DNA of 35,742 nucleotides from Catajapyx aquilonaris (taxonomy: Eukaryota). Below, piece after piece: positions 13,109 through 25,855 of this stretch. The stretch spans positions 1 to 35,742 of the forward strand of contig JYFJ02004054.1 in assembly GCA_000934665.2 (NCBI GenBank), written 5' to 3'. The notes beneath the pieces were generated by a model that was not told the origin of the DNA, did not search any database, and saw nothing but the letters and a program-made list of their open reading frames with translations. The position numbers and the translations under genes were made by a program. Within the stretch, counting starts at the first letter, position 1, and each line of letters opens with the position of its first letter.

Positions 13109-13297
13109 TTCGACATTTCATTTGATACAAACACATTTTTTAACCCGTTGACACTGCAACAATGTTCGATAGAAATAAACAAAGGGGGAGGGAGGGGGGG
13201 AAAAAGCCAAGTTGCCAAGGCAATCTCACCTGATGGCACTGAATGAAGACTGAAGCAAATGAATTTTTTTACCTTCAGCCTTCATTTCCACGACTGT

Positions 13298-13321
13298 AAC
13301 AACAACAACAACAACAACAAC
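13298..13321. repeat. (AAC)n microsatellite
   Basis: About 8 units. Confidence 0.9.
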
Positions 13322-13550
13322 CACACAATATTCACACAGTTTTACAGTATTATCACAATCTACACATTTCCGCATACCTGGCCCCATACTCGGGAAACTC
13401 TCAATAACATTTATAAGCTTGTAGGGCATCCTAGGAGAAGGTTGTGTAATACCCTCTGATGAGGGATGCCTCAAACTGTAAATGACATGAAAAGAATCAG
13501 GTTTAAGCAAAAGAGTAATAAAGGTCGAGTTGCAAGATAATTTATATTAT

Positions 13551-14088
13551 TTATTTCTTAGAAGCGAGGATTAACTCCATCATTTTAATTTGATGCTCCC
13601 TGTCTTGTGCCCTGCGTCTCTCCTCCCGAGCCTCCTCTTTTTCTCGTCTCGCATCTTCTCTCTCCAACTCCTGCTGCAGCCTCCTCTCCTCAAATTCAAG
13701 AAACCGCTTGTCTGAATCGTCTTGATATTTCATGAAGGAGTTAATTGTGACCTGCAGTGCTGCTTGAAGTTTCGGGTAGACTCTTGGCTTGCCTAGTAAG
13801 AGAGATAAGGACATGTCTTACTTGTAGGTAATTGCAGGGAGTGAGTGACGTCATTCCATGTTCAGGTGGAAAGCATGTAATCAAAGAAAAATTTAGTTGC
13901 ATACATGGAGTGGTGGAGTGTAGCAACCATTTGCCACACAAACCATGTAGTCGATGCAGAGAAGGTACACCTTAGTTTCAGTTCAGTGAGATTGGCATTA
14001 ACAAGATTAGCCTTGCTCATGTGTCCACTAGCTTCGTCTTCACTCACTTGGTGGGGGCCACTCATCCCTCCATCATCTGTCTCTGTGC
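13551..14088 (-). pseudogene. Terminal exon(s) of a coiled-coil protein, probably Myb/SANT-like (Harbinger ORF2-type)
   Basis: Acceptors ctcttactag (13793) and ctctctaaag (14089). Last exon F..YQ..SDKRFLEFEERR...E.R...REHQIKMMELI resembles trihelix/MSANTD tails. The DNA-binding domain is not in view. Confidence 0.45.
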
Positions 14089-14171
14089 CTTTAGAGAGAG
14101 AAAAATAGCTGAAGGGGGCATAACGCAGATATTGTTTCACATGACATGTATCTTAGGCCAAGCACAAATCA

Positions 14172-16189
14172 CGTGAGTCCACCTGTTGAGTTTATGCCGC
14201 ACACTCGGTATGTGGGGCTCCTGTATACAAAGAAGGTTCAACCCGCGCGACGCCCCCCACTCTATGGCCATCGCGGTCGAGTTGGCCCCTCTCCCAGCGT
14301 TAAACTGTCCGACCTTAAAACTGAACACCATAATCGGTTCGTCGCGCGAGTTGAACCTTCCTTCGCTGCCATACTGGGCAGATCTCCGCCCGTGGTTTGT
14401 GTCCCCGGCCTTTTCGATTTGACAGTTGGGACAACACAAGGCGGACTCCCTGCAATCTCTGGCCTCATGCTTACCCGAGCACCTACCGCAGCAAGGATCC
14501 CGAGCTTTGCAAAATTTTGCCAAGTGACCATACGCAGAGCACCGGAAGCAGCGATCTGTCCTGACTAAGTCCTCTAGATTACACTGCTCCATGGCCATGC
14601 GAATGCTGCCCAGCTTCCTGAAGTGACTGTGAAGTGCCGGCGTTACTTCGAGGAACCAATTAAGACGAGGTTGGTTCTGCCAATCCCTACTGCCGAGGAC
14701 TCTAAAATGTGCTCTTGAAGTGGCCGAAAGTCGTCCAAATCGCCCGCGTTGGCTGAGACCATCTCCGTTAACAGTGTGTCCGGGTCGAACCCTCGGGCCA
14801 CCCCTACCAGCCTAACAGTTGGTTTCCTCTGGGCGACTGCCCTTGCCTGAAACCCCTTTTCAGTGAAGGCCTGCAGTAACGCCTCCTTCTGAGCCATCGA
14901 TCGGCAGTTAACCATATATCCTCCTTTCGTCTGAGAGATGTTCTTAAAACCGTCCGATGCAACCTCAGCTGGGACGGTGTTCCTAAGTATGTCCCTAAAC
15001 GAGTAGGGATCAGGGGCCCTAGCCTCCTCGACCTCAATGACTACTGGGTGCTGCTGACTAACCGGCGCCCTCGGAGGAAACGCCTGGCGACCCCGTCCCT
15101 GACTAGTAGCGACCTGGGCAAACGTCGGAAGTGAGAGTGGGGCGGAGGTTGTGGACCCCGTACCCACCCCCTGCTGCTGCCTAACCAACGCTCCGGACTC
15201 CTGTTCCCTGCAGGCGACATCCTTTCTCAACTCCACAATCTCCCTACGCAGGCCCGCGCTCTCTGAGTCAGCGACTCTGGACAATTCTCTTTCCAGGGTG
15301 ATGCAAGCCAGCTCCGCCTTAAGCGCCTGGTTTCTGCTGACCACTAGAGCGAAGGCGTCTTTCATCCTCATCAAGGCATTTTTCGCGGATGTCTGATCCT
15401 GCCTCGTGACTGCAATCTTTTGATTAACCTCCCTTGAGATGGCGACATTAACGACCTCCGCGAGGACGGCCATCTCCCGCAGCCATCGCTCATCTGAGAG
15501 GTCAAATCGGCTTCTGATGTCCTTCTCCCGCTGGGGCCAGTCCTCGGTGAGGCCTCCCAATCCACTGAACTCCGATCCGGCCAGCCTAGTCGACGCCTCC
15601 TCCGTGGGGGCTACCTCCTCTCCTGAGTCCGAGTGATCATCTCGATCTCCATCCACGGCCTCAACCATCTCCACCTCCGAATCAGAGGAGTCCGCCTTCG
15701 CGGCTTCAGTCGTCGACTCTGTCTGAGTGGCCGAGGGGTCGGCGGTATCCTTCCCTCTTTTAGGCTCCGACTCCTTCACGGAGTTAGGAGAGGCCTTGTT
15801 GCCGCGGTGTTTCCGTTTCCTGTCTAAAGACAGTGTGCGTCCTGAGGATCCTGGGGATCCACCGCCAGCAGGTTTGAAGAAATCAGAAATGGTTGGAGTC
15901 CTCTTATCCAGTGGCTGTTGCTGACTGGCTGCAGGAGGCGTTCCTTGTCCTGGAATCTGGGGAGTCCGCGGTGCCCACACCGGAGGCCCGGACTTATCTG
16001 AAGCCGTTCGCAGTAGGACTGATGTGCAAGAGCCTGACAAAGCTCAAGTCAGGCCCCTTCCCTCAAAGAGGTTGAGCCTCAACGCCCTTCTGAGAGTTGA
16101 CACCCCGGTGCCTCAGCACCTATTAATCCCACACAAAAAGCAAAACTGCAAGGGGCTAAGACTCTCAGTCAGACGCTGAGCAGTCCAGA
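14172..16189 (-). mobile_element. R1-clade element A: 5' end, frameshifted ORF1 and first ~38 codons of ORF2, 3'-truncated
   Basis: Three zinc knuckles (CFRCSAYGHLAKFC, CGRCSGKHEARDC, CPNC...NH) and APE start GQFNAGRG...LCIQEPH. ORF1 is closely similar to that of element C. Begins right after the 28S R1-target motif. Confidence 0.92.
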
Positions 16190-16206
16190 CCGTGGATAGG
16201 GACAGT
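16190..16206 (-). repeat. 28S R1 target-site motif between elements A and B (ACTGTCCCTATCCACGG)
   Basis: Same motif at 23592-23606 and 30721-30738. Matches the 28S R1 site CACTGTCCCTATCTAC with one change. Confidence 0.9.
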
Positions 16207-17170
16207 TAAATGTAAAGTTTAAGGAGGACGGCCCGGCATAGCCTTTCATCCTCCGACCTGACCAAGGTCCTAAACAGCCAACAAGGACACTGTGAGCTTG
16301 GCCCAGTGGCCCAAAGTGCTCCTAATTCAATGCTTGAAGAGCGGTCCCAATTGCATCCAAGTTAATTCAAATATGTCCTGTAAAAGAATATGCCTCAGGA
16401 AGTGAGCAAAGAAAGTACAAGGAAAAATATGCCGGAAAAGAAAGGAAACAACATCAACCAACACTGAACGCCAAACTACAACAACACGAACGAAGGCAAC
16501 AGCACGTTGGACGATGGGCACGGAGACAACACGACACAGAGGCCCTCTGCAGGCACAACACTTACACAACAAACGGCGGGACCGGGGGCAGTAAACCACC
16601 CCCGGCCCCCCCGGTAAGGGCTCCAAACCCCCGTGGAAACCGGGCCAGCGCAGGGCGCGACCGGCCAGGGACCCCGGAGGTCCGGCCCCAACTAAGACCT
16701 AATCCTCCTAAAAACGCGCACTCGCCCCCCCGAGCCCAGCCACTACTACGGACCACTGGTCCCACTGACGCCAGGGCACCAATTCCCTGACACCCCGCCA
16801 GTCCCACCAATGCGCCCACCTCCACTGGGACGAGAGGGCGAGTCGCACACGTTAAAAGACGAATGCGGAGACTTACCGCTAATAAAAGTATAATTCACTA
16901 AAACAAGGAGGAACTAATCCCAACACGAACGTGACTTTAAAAACGCTGAAAACCTAAGCTGGACTAAAAGCCGTCCAGCAGCAGCAACGCCCGGGTCATG
17001 CCCCTGACACCCAATGAAAATGACCAACCAGGCCGGCAAAAACGCGCGTGCTCTTCCCATCGGAGGTTATCAACTTCGAGGCTGAAGGCATTGAATCCCC
17101 AAACCCCTGCACCGGCATGCTAAAACCAACTGGCATTCCGGGTGACTGGCCAACCGGCCAAGCCACTAGT

Positions 17171-20100
17171 CTAGACGTTCTCGTCGGCCAGAAAATCATG
17201 AACAGTAAGGCAAAATGCATTGAAGCTTTTAAAGATATCGGTTAGTAAGGAGGCTGCCCGGCATGGCCAGCCGTACCCCCCCCCCCCCACCACTGAGTCA
17301 CGCATGAGGGCCGTCCGGGCTTTCAGCACGACCGGGAGAACGCAGTCGGTCAAAGTATGCGCGGCGTCCTGGAGTCCCCTGCCGCACGGGCAAGCCCCAC
17401 CACAGGCCCATCGCTCGCCCAGTAATTTAAATCTGGCTAGATACGCCAAGTATGGGCCATGATCAGAAAGAAGCCGAGCCACGTGACCGTACCAATGTAC
17501 CCCCGTGGACACGGATGGGGCAAATCCCCTGGTCCAGGGCTTTCCCGCCCTATCCCACTCAGACTGCCACGCCGAAAGTATCTTCGCCTCATGAATGCCC
17601 CGGACGTAGGCCCCGGACTCCGGTACCTGGAAGACCTCGGGGGACTGCATGAGTGCCGCGGCTTTAGCCTCCGTATCCGCCGCCTCGTTCCCAGCCACCC
17701 CCGAGTGCCCCTTCACCCATACCAGCATGATCCGACCCTCCGCCTCGGCGAGCATCCTCTGGCCCTGAAGCACAACCCTGTCCCTTGTTCTAGGACTCAC
17801 GAGAGCCTGAAGGGCCGAAAAGGAATCCGAGATAATCCTGGCCCTGGGCGAACCCGGAATCTGCAAGATCCACTGCAGAGCTCTAATGATTGCTGTCAGC
17901 TCCGCCTGGAATATCGTGGCGTGATCCGGCAGAGGGAGACGCTCAACATGAATCTTTTGGCCCTGACAGTCGTACCCCACTACAGCCCCCCCAGTCCCGC
18001 CCCCTCCCTGCACCGAGCCATCCGTATACGCTTCTATCGCGTTCCCTTGTAGGGCGCATTCGTCCATCAGCCCGATCTCCGGGCAAAAACGCAGCCACGG
18101 GGGAAAGGACCGCCCGTCTCCCCTAGAGCCGAGAGAGGTGCGGTGCCCTGGGCAACCGCACCCGCCCTCCTCCGGTCGAATGTCCCCCGTGCCGATATGT
18201 CCGGAGGCACCACCCCTGCCAGCATCGCCAGGTTCAGGTTCGAGGTGGTTCGATATGTGCCAGTAGTGGCCAGAAGAAAAGGCCGTATGGCCGCCCTCGA
18301 CTTCTTCCTGATGCGAACGTCTCCGGCGCGGTGTCCCCAGACCTCGCCCCCATAGAGCAACATTGGCAAAATCGCCCGTGTAAGAACCACCTTCCTGCTA
18401 ACTGGGGTCATGCCCCATCTGCGACCAGCCACACTCCACACCCGTGAGGCAATGTCCCTGACCTTAGCCGATGCCCAGGTCGCTTGAGCTATCCAATTAA
18501 GCAGTGGGTCAACCATCAGGCCCAAGATGCGGATGGGACGGCCTGTTTCAATGTCCTGACCCAGGAAACTGATTACAGGGTTGCCATCCAGCTCCGGCCC
18601 CACGCGGGGGAGGAACAGGCCCTCCGTTTTGGCAGCGTTGTATTCCAAACCTTTACGTGCAGCCCATTCTCTTAACATAGGGGAGGTCGCTTCCCATTCG
18701 CGTTCTATCTCGCCAGAAGATCGTCCCGTAATGGCAATGATCTGATCATCGGCATAGGCTTGCATGTGGATGGCCGGCCGTCCAAAGTGTCCTATGTAGA
18801 ACCAGTCGTTCATTGCTAAGTTCCACAACAGGGGGCCCAAGCTAGACCCCTGTGGGCAACCACGATCCATGATGAACGTAAGGCCATCGCTGTGGACCTC
18901 CCGAGGTCCCAAGAAGCCACTAATGACCCGAGTGAGACGGCTGGGACAGCCGTGAGCGAGGAGACTGTCCAGAACGCACTGATGTGGAATCGAATTAAAG
19001 GCATTCTTAATATCAAGGGCTACTAATAAGACATGACGCCCCGATCTCCACGCGTCCTTGATCTGCACCACCAACGATTCCACTGCATCAACCACCCCTC
19101 TGCCAGGCCTGAAGCCGAATTGCGCATCATTAAGCCATTTACATGCCTCCGCCCAATACGCCAATCGCTTGCCCAGTAGCCTGTCAAAAACCCTGCCCAA
19201 TGCCGGTGCTAAGCAGATCGGTCGAACATTGCCTTTATCATCCTTGGGGATCCAGACGACCCTGGACTCTTTCCATGAGGCGTGGAAGAGGCCATGAAAG
19301 TAAAGCGAGCGCAATAAGAGCAGCCAGAAGGGAGCAACGGCCTTCAGTATGTGTTGCAGGCAATGGAGTGGCAGGCCCTCAGGTCCCACCGCTTTATTAG
19401 GTGACATGTCCGAGATTGTGGCCCGTAGCTCCTCCATGACTAACTCAGGCTCCTGAGGGGCACTCAGGCCCGATTCCCGACATGCCGCACCCGGGTTCCA
19501 AGACCCGTCGTCACCAGGGAAATATTTCCGAACCAACTGTTCATCCAGCCCCCGAAGTCCAGTGTCCCCCCTGTTTTGGGTCTCCGCTCCGCCTGATCCC
19601 TCAATGCTCCTGCCAAAGGTACCCTTCACTATTCGATAAGGAACCCCAAATGGATCCTCCGCTGAGCTCCGCTGACAAAAGGCATCCCAGCTGGTCCTCT
19701 TCGCCCGGCGAACCTCATCCTTGTACTCTCTCCTAATAGACGCCCAATGCGCCAGACCCCAGACGCACAGTGGAGGCCGCGGTTCGCCCCTTCTAACAGC
19801 CTGCCATCTGCGCCTGGCGGTTCGCTCCTCCTTCCGCAGCCTCGCAAGCTCCGGCGTCCAGCGCCAGGCAGCCTTGGGGCGAATCGTGGCCCTCGGAATG
19901 GTAGCCTCCGCGGCCCTCGTACACACCTCTCTAAAGCCGTCAGCCAAGCGAATCGAGTCCTCCGCTGAGAGGGTCAAGACTCCATCTGTTCCCTGTACCC
20001 CCACCCACTGTATCAAGAGGTCCCTGTATTCCGCCCAATGGGCCTTACCTATGATCCACCTCCGAGATGGGGCCGGGGCACAATTAATGGGAACGGACAT

Positions 20101-20775
20101 GGAGATGGCCCTATGGGCACTGGCCAGGTATGTCTCGTCAAGCCTCCAGCCTTCCGTCGTCATACCCCTAGTCCAGGCAAGATCTATCCAGCTTTGCCCA
20201 TTAGCAGACAAAAAAGTCGGAGGAGAGGCTGGTGGATTGGCCAACTGGAGATCTCTTTGAACTGCCTATTCCAAGAGTGACTCACCCCTGGCAAAGTCCT
20301 TGTAATCCCCCCAGAGTTCAGGCGCGAGTTAAAATCACCCATAAGCAGTATTCTGCGTGGATGAGTCGCAAAGACCTCGTCCAGAGCCAAGAGCCCTAGT
20401 TTGAGCCGCTCAACATTCCCCGGGACCAGGTACACATTTACAAGGGTAAATTCCATGTCCCCCACACGAACCTGGTAAACCCGGACCCCTTCCCTCGACA
20501 GGGAGCTCAGGTGGACCACTCTAGTCCTCCGAGTATATGCTATCAGTGCCACCGGCACCCCCACCTCCGCATGGGTGATCTGTGAACTCCGACGTTTCAT
20601 GACTGTAGGTATGTGAGGCTCCTGCATGCACAGACGATCAAGGTGCCGGGAGAGGCCCCAGTCTATGCCCATCCCCGAGGCTATGGCTCCCTTGTCAGCA
20701 TTAAATTGCCCAACTCGGAACTCGCCACCCACGGTGGGTCGTCCCTGCGTTGTGAAGGGAGGTTGTAAAGCCATG
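17171..20775 (-). pseudogene. Element B ORF2: APE endonuclease, RT, RNase H, CCHC finger (at least 2 frameshifts)
   Basis: GQFNA..QEPH..MGDFN; WIDL..SAH; RPICL, QFGFRPG, LDIKNAFN, GCPQGSSLGP, AYADD; YTDGS, QAEL, SDS, WVKGH.G..GNE.AD; CPCG....DAAH...C. Split over ORFs 20184-20843, 18067-20244, 17171-18067. Confidence 0.93.
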
Positions 20776-20779
20776 CAAG

Positions 20780-22482
20780 TTAGCGCCTCCCCTGCCCCAT
20801 ACGACTCTGGATTTGCTCCTTCCGTTTCATCCAGCAGGGACAATTAGCGGCCCACGCCTCGTGATCCGTGCGTTCGTGTCCCATCAAAACGCAATTAACG
20901 CACTTTTTGAACTCCCTCTTGCAATCGTTGGTCGGATGGTCCCCCCCGCAATATCCGCACCTACTGGGGAACTTACAACCCCCGGCCGTATGTCCATAAG
21001 CAGAGCAGTCAAAACATCGGTCAGAACGAATAATTTCTTCAACGTTCGAGAAGGTGATTCCCAACCGGACGCTGCCAGCCTCCAGTAAAACCTTTGCCAG
21101 ATCAGGGGCAACCTCCAGCGTCCAGTTTTCCCTGACCCCCGAAGCACAAAGCCTCTTCCCGAGTATCCCAACGTGATCCGAAACCGGCTGAAACCGCGCC
21201 AACAAGCTCTCATTATGGTCCGAGAGCATTGTCATGACCTCCCCCTCACTGTACCCTTCATCCACCCCAGTAAGGCGAAGGACCGGGCGCCGCGTCCCAA
21301 CCTCCTTGGCCTGATAGCCCTTCAACTTGAGCGCCTCCAGCACCGCGGTACTCTGGGCCGATGAACGACAGTTCACCCGAATCCCGTCCCCAGATTTTCC
21401 CACGGCCTTAAACCCCTCTTGTAGTATGGCCTGGGGTAGGTCCGCCATCAGCACTCCCCTCACCTCCGCCTGGGACTCAACTCTCTGCCCCTCCTTCAAC
21501 TGCAAGACCACTGGATGCTGTGGACTCCGTGGGGCTTTCCCCGCCGCCTGGGCAAACTATCTCGCCCGTCCACTGGTTCCCGCCGCGGTGCTGGATTTCC
21601 CCGGAGTGGGGCCCGAAGTACTGGCCGGCTTCCTCCGACTCCCCCCGGAGGGACCCGACTCCAACTCCCTAATCTTTACCTTGAGGCCATCTATCACTCT
21701 TTCCTTTTTTCAGCCTTTAGTTGAAGAGCAGCGATCTTCTGCTCCCTCCTGTGTATTCTGCACGAGAGGGCCGTAAAGGCGTCCTTAATGGAAACAATGT
21801 GAGCCCTAACCGCCGTTTGATCCGGCCTATTGAATGAGATCTTACTATTCTGCATCTCCCGGGCTGTGGCCGAGTAGATCCCTTCGCAGGCCAACGCGAC
21901 CCAGGGAAAGATATCAGTCTCGGTAAGGACGGAAATATCCGCGGCCGAGGGCGTCCCCTCAAGCCTGAACTCCTCCACGCCGGACAAGGACGCCAACGGG
22001 GGGGGGGGGGGGGGNGGGGGGACCACGGGCGACGCCATAAGACCCCCACCGCCAGTATCGCTCACTTCCGCCAAAGGGCGCGAAGAAGCCACCGCGGTCG
22101 CCCCCTCAAAGCCATCCTCCTCCCCAGCCTGGTCATCCTCAATAACAGACGAATCGTCCTCTTCATCCCCCGATTCGCTCATGGTGCCTTGTCTGGGTTT
22201 CTTCGCCCTTCCCTTCCCTTCATCCAACCCCCTCTTACGAGCCTTGTCCGTCCTGGCTGGGCCCTTCCCACTGGCTTCATCCGCAAAGAAGTCCGATGCG
22301 GTGGCCCGCCGCGGGCGCTGGTCCTGCTTCCCCTCTCCAAGCGCCTGAGGATCCAGACTCCCCCCCGCGGGGCCCTTCCCAAAGTAATCTGACATCGTAG
22401 TCGGACCCGAAACCCTATTGGCATGTACCGTCTCAGGGGGCGTCCTACTCAGTGAGGACCGTGGCAAAAAAGCATTCTCCAT
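20780..22482 (-). pseudogene. Element B ORF1 (gag-like, 3 zinc knuckles), frameshifted
   Basis: N-terminal RSSLSRTPP, then CFDCSAYGHTAGGC, CGYCGGDHPTNDC, CVNC...DH.A....CP. Pieces 21694-22605 and 20780-21511. Confidence 0.9.
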
Positions 22483-22679
22483 GCACTCCAACTCAGTAGT
22501 GCCAGACCCTCCAACAGCCATGCAATCACAAAGTGAGGCCCGTCCAGTAAGGCACGGCAACCCCGCACGCGACCACACGGGAGCGCCGCCACAGGAGCCG
22601 ACCACTCCACCAGTCGACTCGCCTGAGCACGCACCAAAATCCCCGAATCGCCAAATGGCGAAAAGCCGCTATCCGAATG

Positions 22680-22790
22680 GGCAACCGCCCAAAACCGAGA
22701 GCAGCCAACCCACAGGGCAACTGCCCAAAATCCGAAGGCAGCCGACCCACGAGGCAACCGCCCAAAATCCGAAGGCAGCCGACCCAGGGG
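22680..22790. repeat. ~36-bp tandem repeat (about 3 units) in the 5' UTR of element B
   Basis: ggcaaccgcccaaaa(t)ccga(a)g(g)cagcc(g/a)accca repeated, with nearby actcgccaa repeats to ~22905. Confidence 0.85.
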
Positions 22791-23591
22791 CCGCAACTCA
22801 CGAGGCAGTAAAGAACCGGTGTGCAGCAGCAACTCGCCAAATGGCCGAGAGCAGCTAATGCAAGGACCGCGACTCGCCAAGTACCGAGAGCAGCGACTCG
22901 CCAATTGTCCAGAAGCAGCTAAGGAGAGGAGCAGCGCCCTCAGTCACCGCTACGGCACCGAGTAGCCGCTACTACTAAAAAGCCGCTTCAAATAATCGCA
23001 AAAGTTCCATCCAAGAATTGGACCTAAATCCCACTGCGGCACCCAAACCGCGATGCGCCCAAATGGAATGACGTCACACGCACTTTAAAAATGACTCAAA
23101 AAAGGGAAATTTGGTATCCAGAGCCTCGCCGGTACCAGCTGAACACAGCCCCCTGGCCAAAAACGCACTATCAGCTCTCCACTTCTCTCACAAGCTACAA
23201 ACGTACTTCGTGCGTGACAAATGGTGACGTCACGTGCACCTTAAATGTTATTTAAAACACGAAAATCCGGCACCCACCGATGCGCCCGGACTAGCCGAGC
23301 ACAACGCACTGTCCGCCCGCCCAATCCGACCACAACTTTGTCCACAGGAGGTCAAAATCACCAAAAACCCACAGTTCACAAGTCCTCTAAAACCGCCCAA
23401 AATTGGGCACGGCACCCGTGCCAACCTGGCGAAGGCACCCTCAAAGAGGCCAACTCCTGGAACCACCGGTACCGAAGTAAAAACTAAAATAAAAACTAAA
23501 ACGGTCCAGCCAAACGCCACCCGCACAGCAGGGGATAACGGAGCTCGCTTCAGGCACGACTTTCCCTCTCGAGAGCTAGCTGCCGACTATC

Positions 23592-23606
23592 CCGTGGATA
23601 GGGACA
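23592..23606 (-). repeat. 28S R1 target-site motif between elements B and C
   Basis: TGTCCCTATCCACGG on the minus strand. Confidence 0.9.
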
Positions 23607-25855
23607 TATGAAATGTAAGTTTAAGGAGGGCCGCCTGGCATAGCTTTGAGCCCTCCTGACCTTCATCAAGGTTCCTGAAATATCGGTAAGACACTGTGTA
23701 CTCACCATAAGGGTCAAGTGTACCTAATTCTCCGCAATGCAAACGGCGTCCCTGGCATGCTACTGAATGCAAATATGTCTTTCAAAGAAATGGTCCAAGA
23801 AGTGGAAAACAATAGAGCAAACGCCCCCGGCCCTGAAGGGAAGCCGGGGGCAAAGGAAAATGCCAGAAAAAGAAAGCAATAAAGAAAGGACTACTCACTA
23901 CTTAAAACAGCGAACCCCTAATTACCACAACAGAAGTACAACCCGGCCCGCAACGAGCCCCCCGAGAAAGCCGGCGGGCGCAGGGCGCGACCCTAACCGG
24001 CAGCCAGGAGGGGCCCCGCAAAGCCGGGGAGGGACAAAACTACAAGGAACAGGCAGCAAAGGCGCCCGCGCCCCCGCCGGAGTGAAAGCGACTCTCACGG
24101 GGCCCGGGGGGACACTCGACCCCCCGCGACCCCGGAGGCACCCCCCACTCAAAAACCGAAAATCTTAATACCTTAAAAGCCGTGCATCTACTTCAATAGG
24201 ACCAGCCCTCCCCAGTCCCGCCACAGCTACAGGGGGGGCCACCCGGTGGATAGGCACCACCCCCGCACCTCGCCGGGTGCTCAAACCTACCCCCTGCCCA
24301 CGCGGGGTGGGAGGGGCGAGTCCATCAGGCCCTACGTGGGCCTTCCCCATTACTAATTAAATAATAATAATAAAAAAGAGAAGTTATGCTAAAAAGAAAA
24401 CCCGTATGAAGGGGAAGTGACTAGTATAGTGACAGTGAGCGCCAAGTGACTATGTCCGAGGGGCCACCAACCCCCTCCCCTCAGGGCCCGGGCACCCCCC
24501 CGGCCACCTCTCCAGACGCCTGTCCCTCACCCGTGTTTAGCCTCACGTCCCCCTTAGGAGAGGGACCACCGCAGCTCACTAGGTCCCGCTACGAGCGTCC
24601 CCACAAACTCCGCCGCGGGGGTGCCACCCCATCCGGCAAGTTACATGGTGTTAATTCAATTATGAAAGCGCCGCAAGGGATTGGTGTTGGCAAGTATTTC
24701 ATTAAGGGAGATCGCCGTAAGGGCTTCATGCTGACAAGCATGCATGTGAATCAGATGTTCTCTCGGCGTAAGAATTCGTCCACCGCAAGACAAAACAGAT
24801 TAAAGGAGGCAAAACCGCCCCCCAGGAGGACAGTCCTCGAGCACGGCCAGCCCAAGCCAGTCCGAACTGAAGGGTACTAGTGCAACTAGTGTTACCGTGG
24901 ATACACGGGAGTCCCAGCATGCTAATGAATTCGATCGTTCCCATAAAAAGAAATAAAGAAATGTGTGAGCCCATGAAGTGGAACAAATGAATAGTAGAAG
25001 GCTGGGGAGGCCTGAAGGGCCGCCCGAACCCAAAAGAAAAATGCCAGATAAAGAATAACGAATATAAAAAGAAAGTAGCGAACACCACACTACAAACAAC
25101 AGTATACGAACACCCCCGAGAACGGGGAACGAGAAACAGAGAGACACAGAAGCTACTGAGGCTACTTTACTCTGCACAAGCGGGGTTCTCGTGAACGAGA
25201 GCCCCAGGGGAAGGGCTGGGACCCAGGGAAACCGAGGCGTCGCAGGGCGCAAACGCCAAGGAACCCCGGGGCCAACCCCCCGCCTTAAAACAATGAAACC
25301 TAAACCTCCTAAAAACAGCTGCCTCCCCCCCAGCCCCGGCCACTACTGCAGGCCGCCGACCCCACCAGCGTAAAGGCACCACTGCCCAGACACCTCGCTG
25401 GTCCCATCGGCGCGCCCACCTCCACCGGTTCGGAGAGGGAGACCCAAACTAAAGGACGAATGCGAAAACTTATCGCTAATAAAAATTTTACTTGACTAAA
25501 AAGAGGAGGAACTAATAAAAAGAAAGACCCAATGAAAGAACCCCTTACTACCCCAACCCACCCAACCCGCTAAAAAGACGACTAATGCTGTAGCCAAAGG
25601 CAACTAAAATGGAGTCACCACCTCCTCCGGGGAGAGAGAACCTCGCCTGCCTGAGCCACTACTCCAAACGCCGGATCCTCGCCGGTGTGAAACCACACGT
25701 CCCCCTAAGGAGAGGGACCCACGCAGCTCACCTAACCCCGAACCAGCGTTCCCACCTCTCGCCCAGGCAGGGAAAGCTCCCCCCGGTGTAGACAAAGTGT
25801 ATAAAGAACTAAAGCTGGCGGCGACCGCGGAGGAGGCGGCAAGGCTTAGTGACTG

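Larger units (their letters stand above)
16207..23591 (-). mobile_element. R1-clade element B, apparently full length (~7.4 kb), multiply frameshifted
   Basis: Bounded by target motifs on both sides. ~1.1-kb 5' UTR, ORF1, ORF2 and ~960-nt 3' UTR. N gap at 22015. Confidence 0.93.

Noticed and set aside
16228..16243. GCTATGCC shared between the R1 3' hairpin loops and the head of the 266-bp insert
   Set aside because: Only 8-10 nt and in different structural contexts, which is insufficient to claim a relationship.
16868..16878. GGTAAGT splice donor in the 3' UTR of element B
   Set aside because: The homologous position in C is GATAAGT. The change preserves a hairpin, not a donor site.
23530..23591. 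Hammerhead or HDV ribozyme at the 5' end of element B
   Set aside because: GAAA and CTGAAG are present but the CUGANGA core and required helices are not. No HDV fold was evident by eye.
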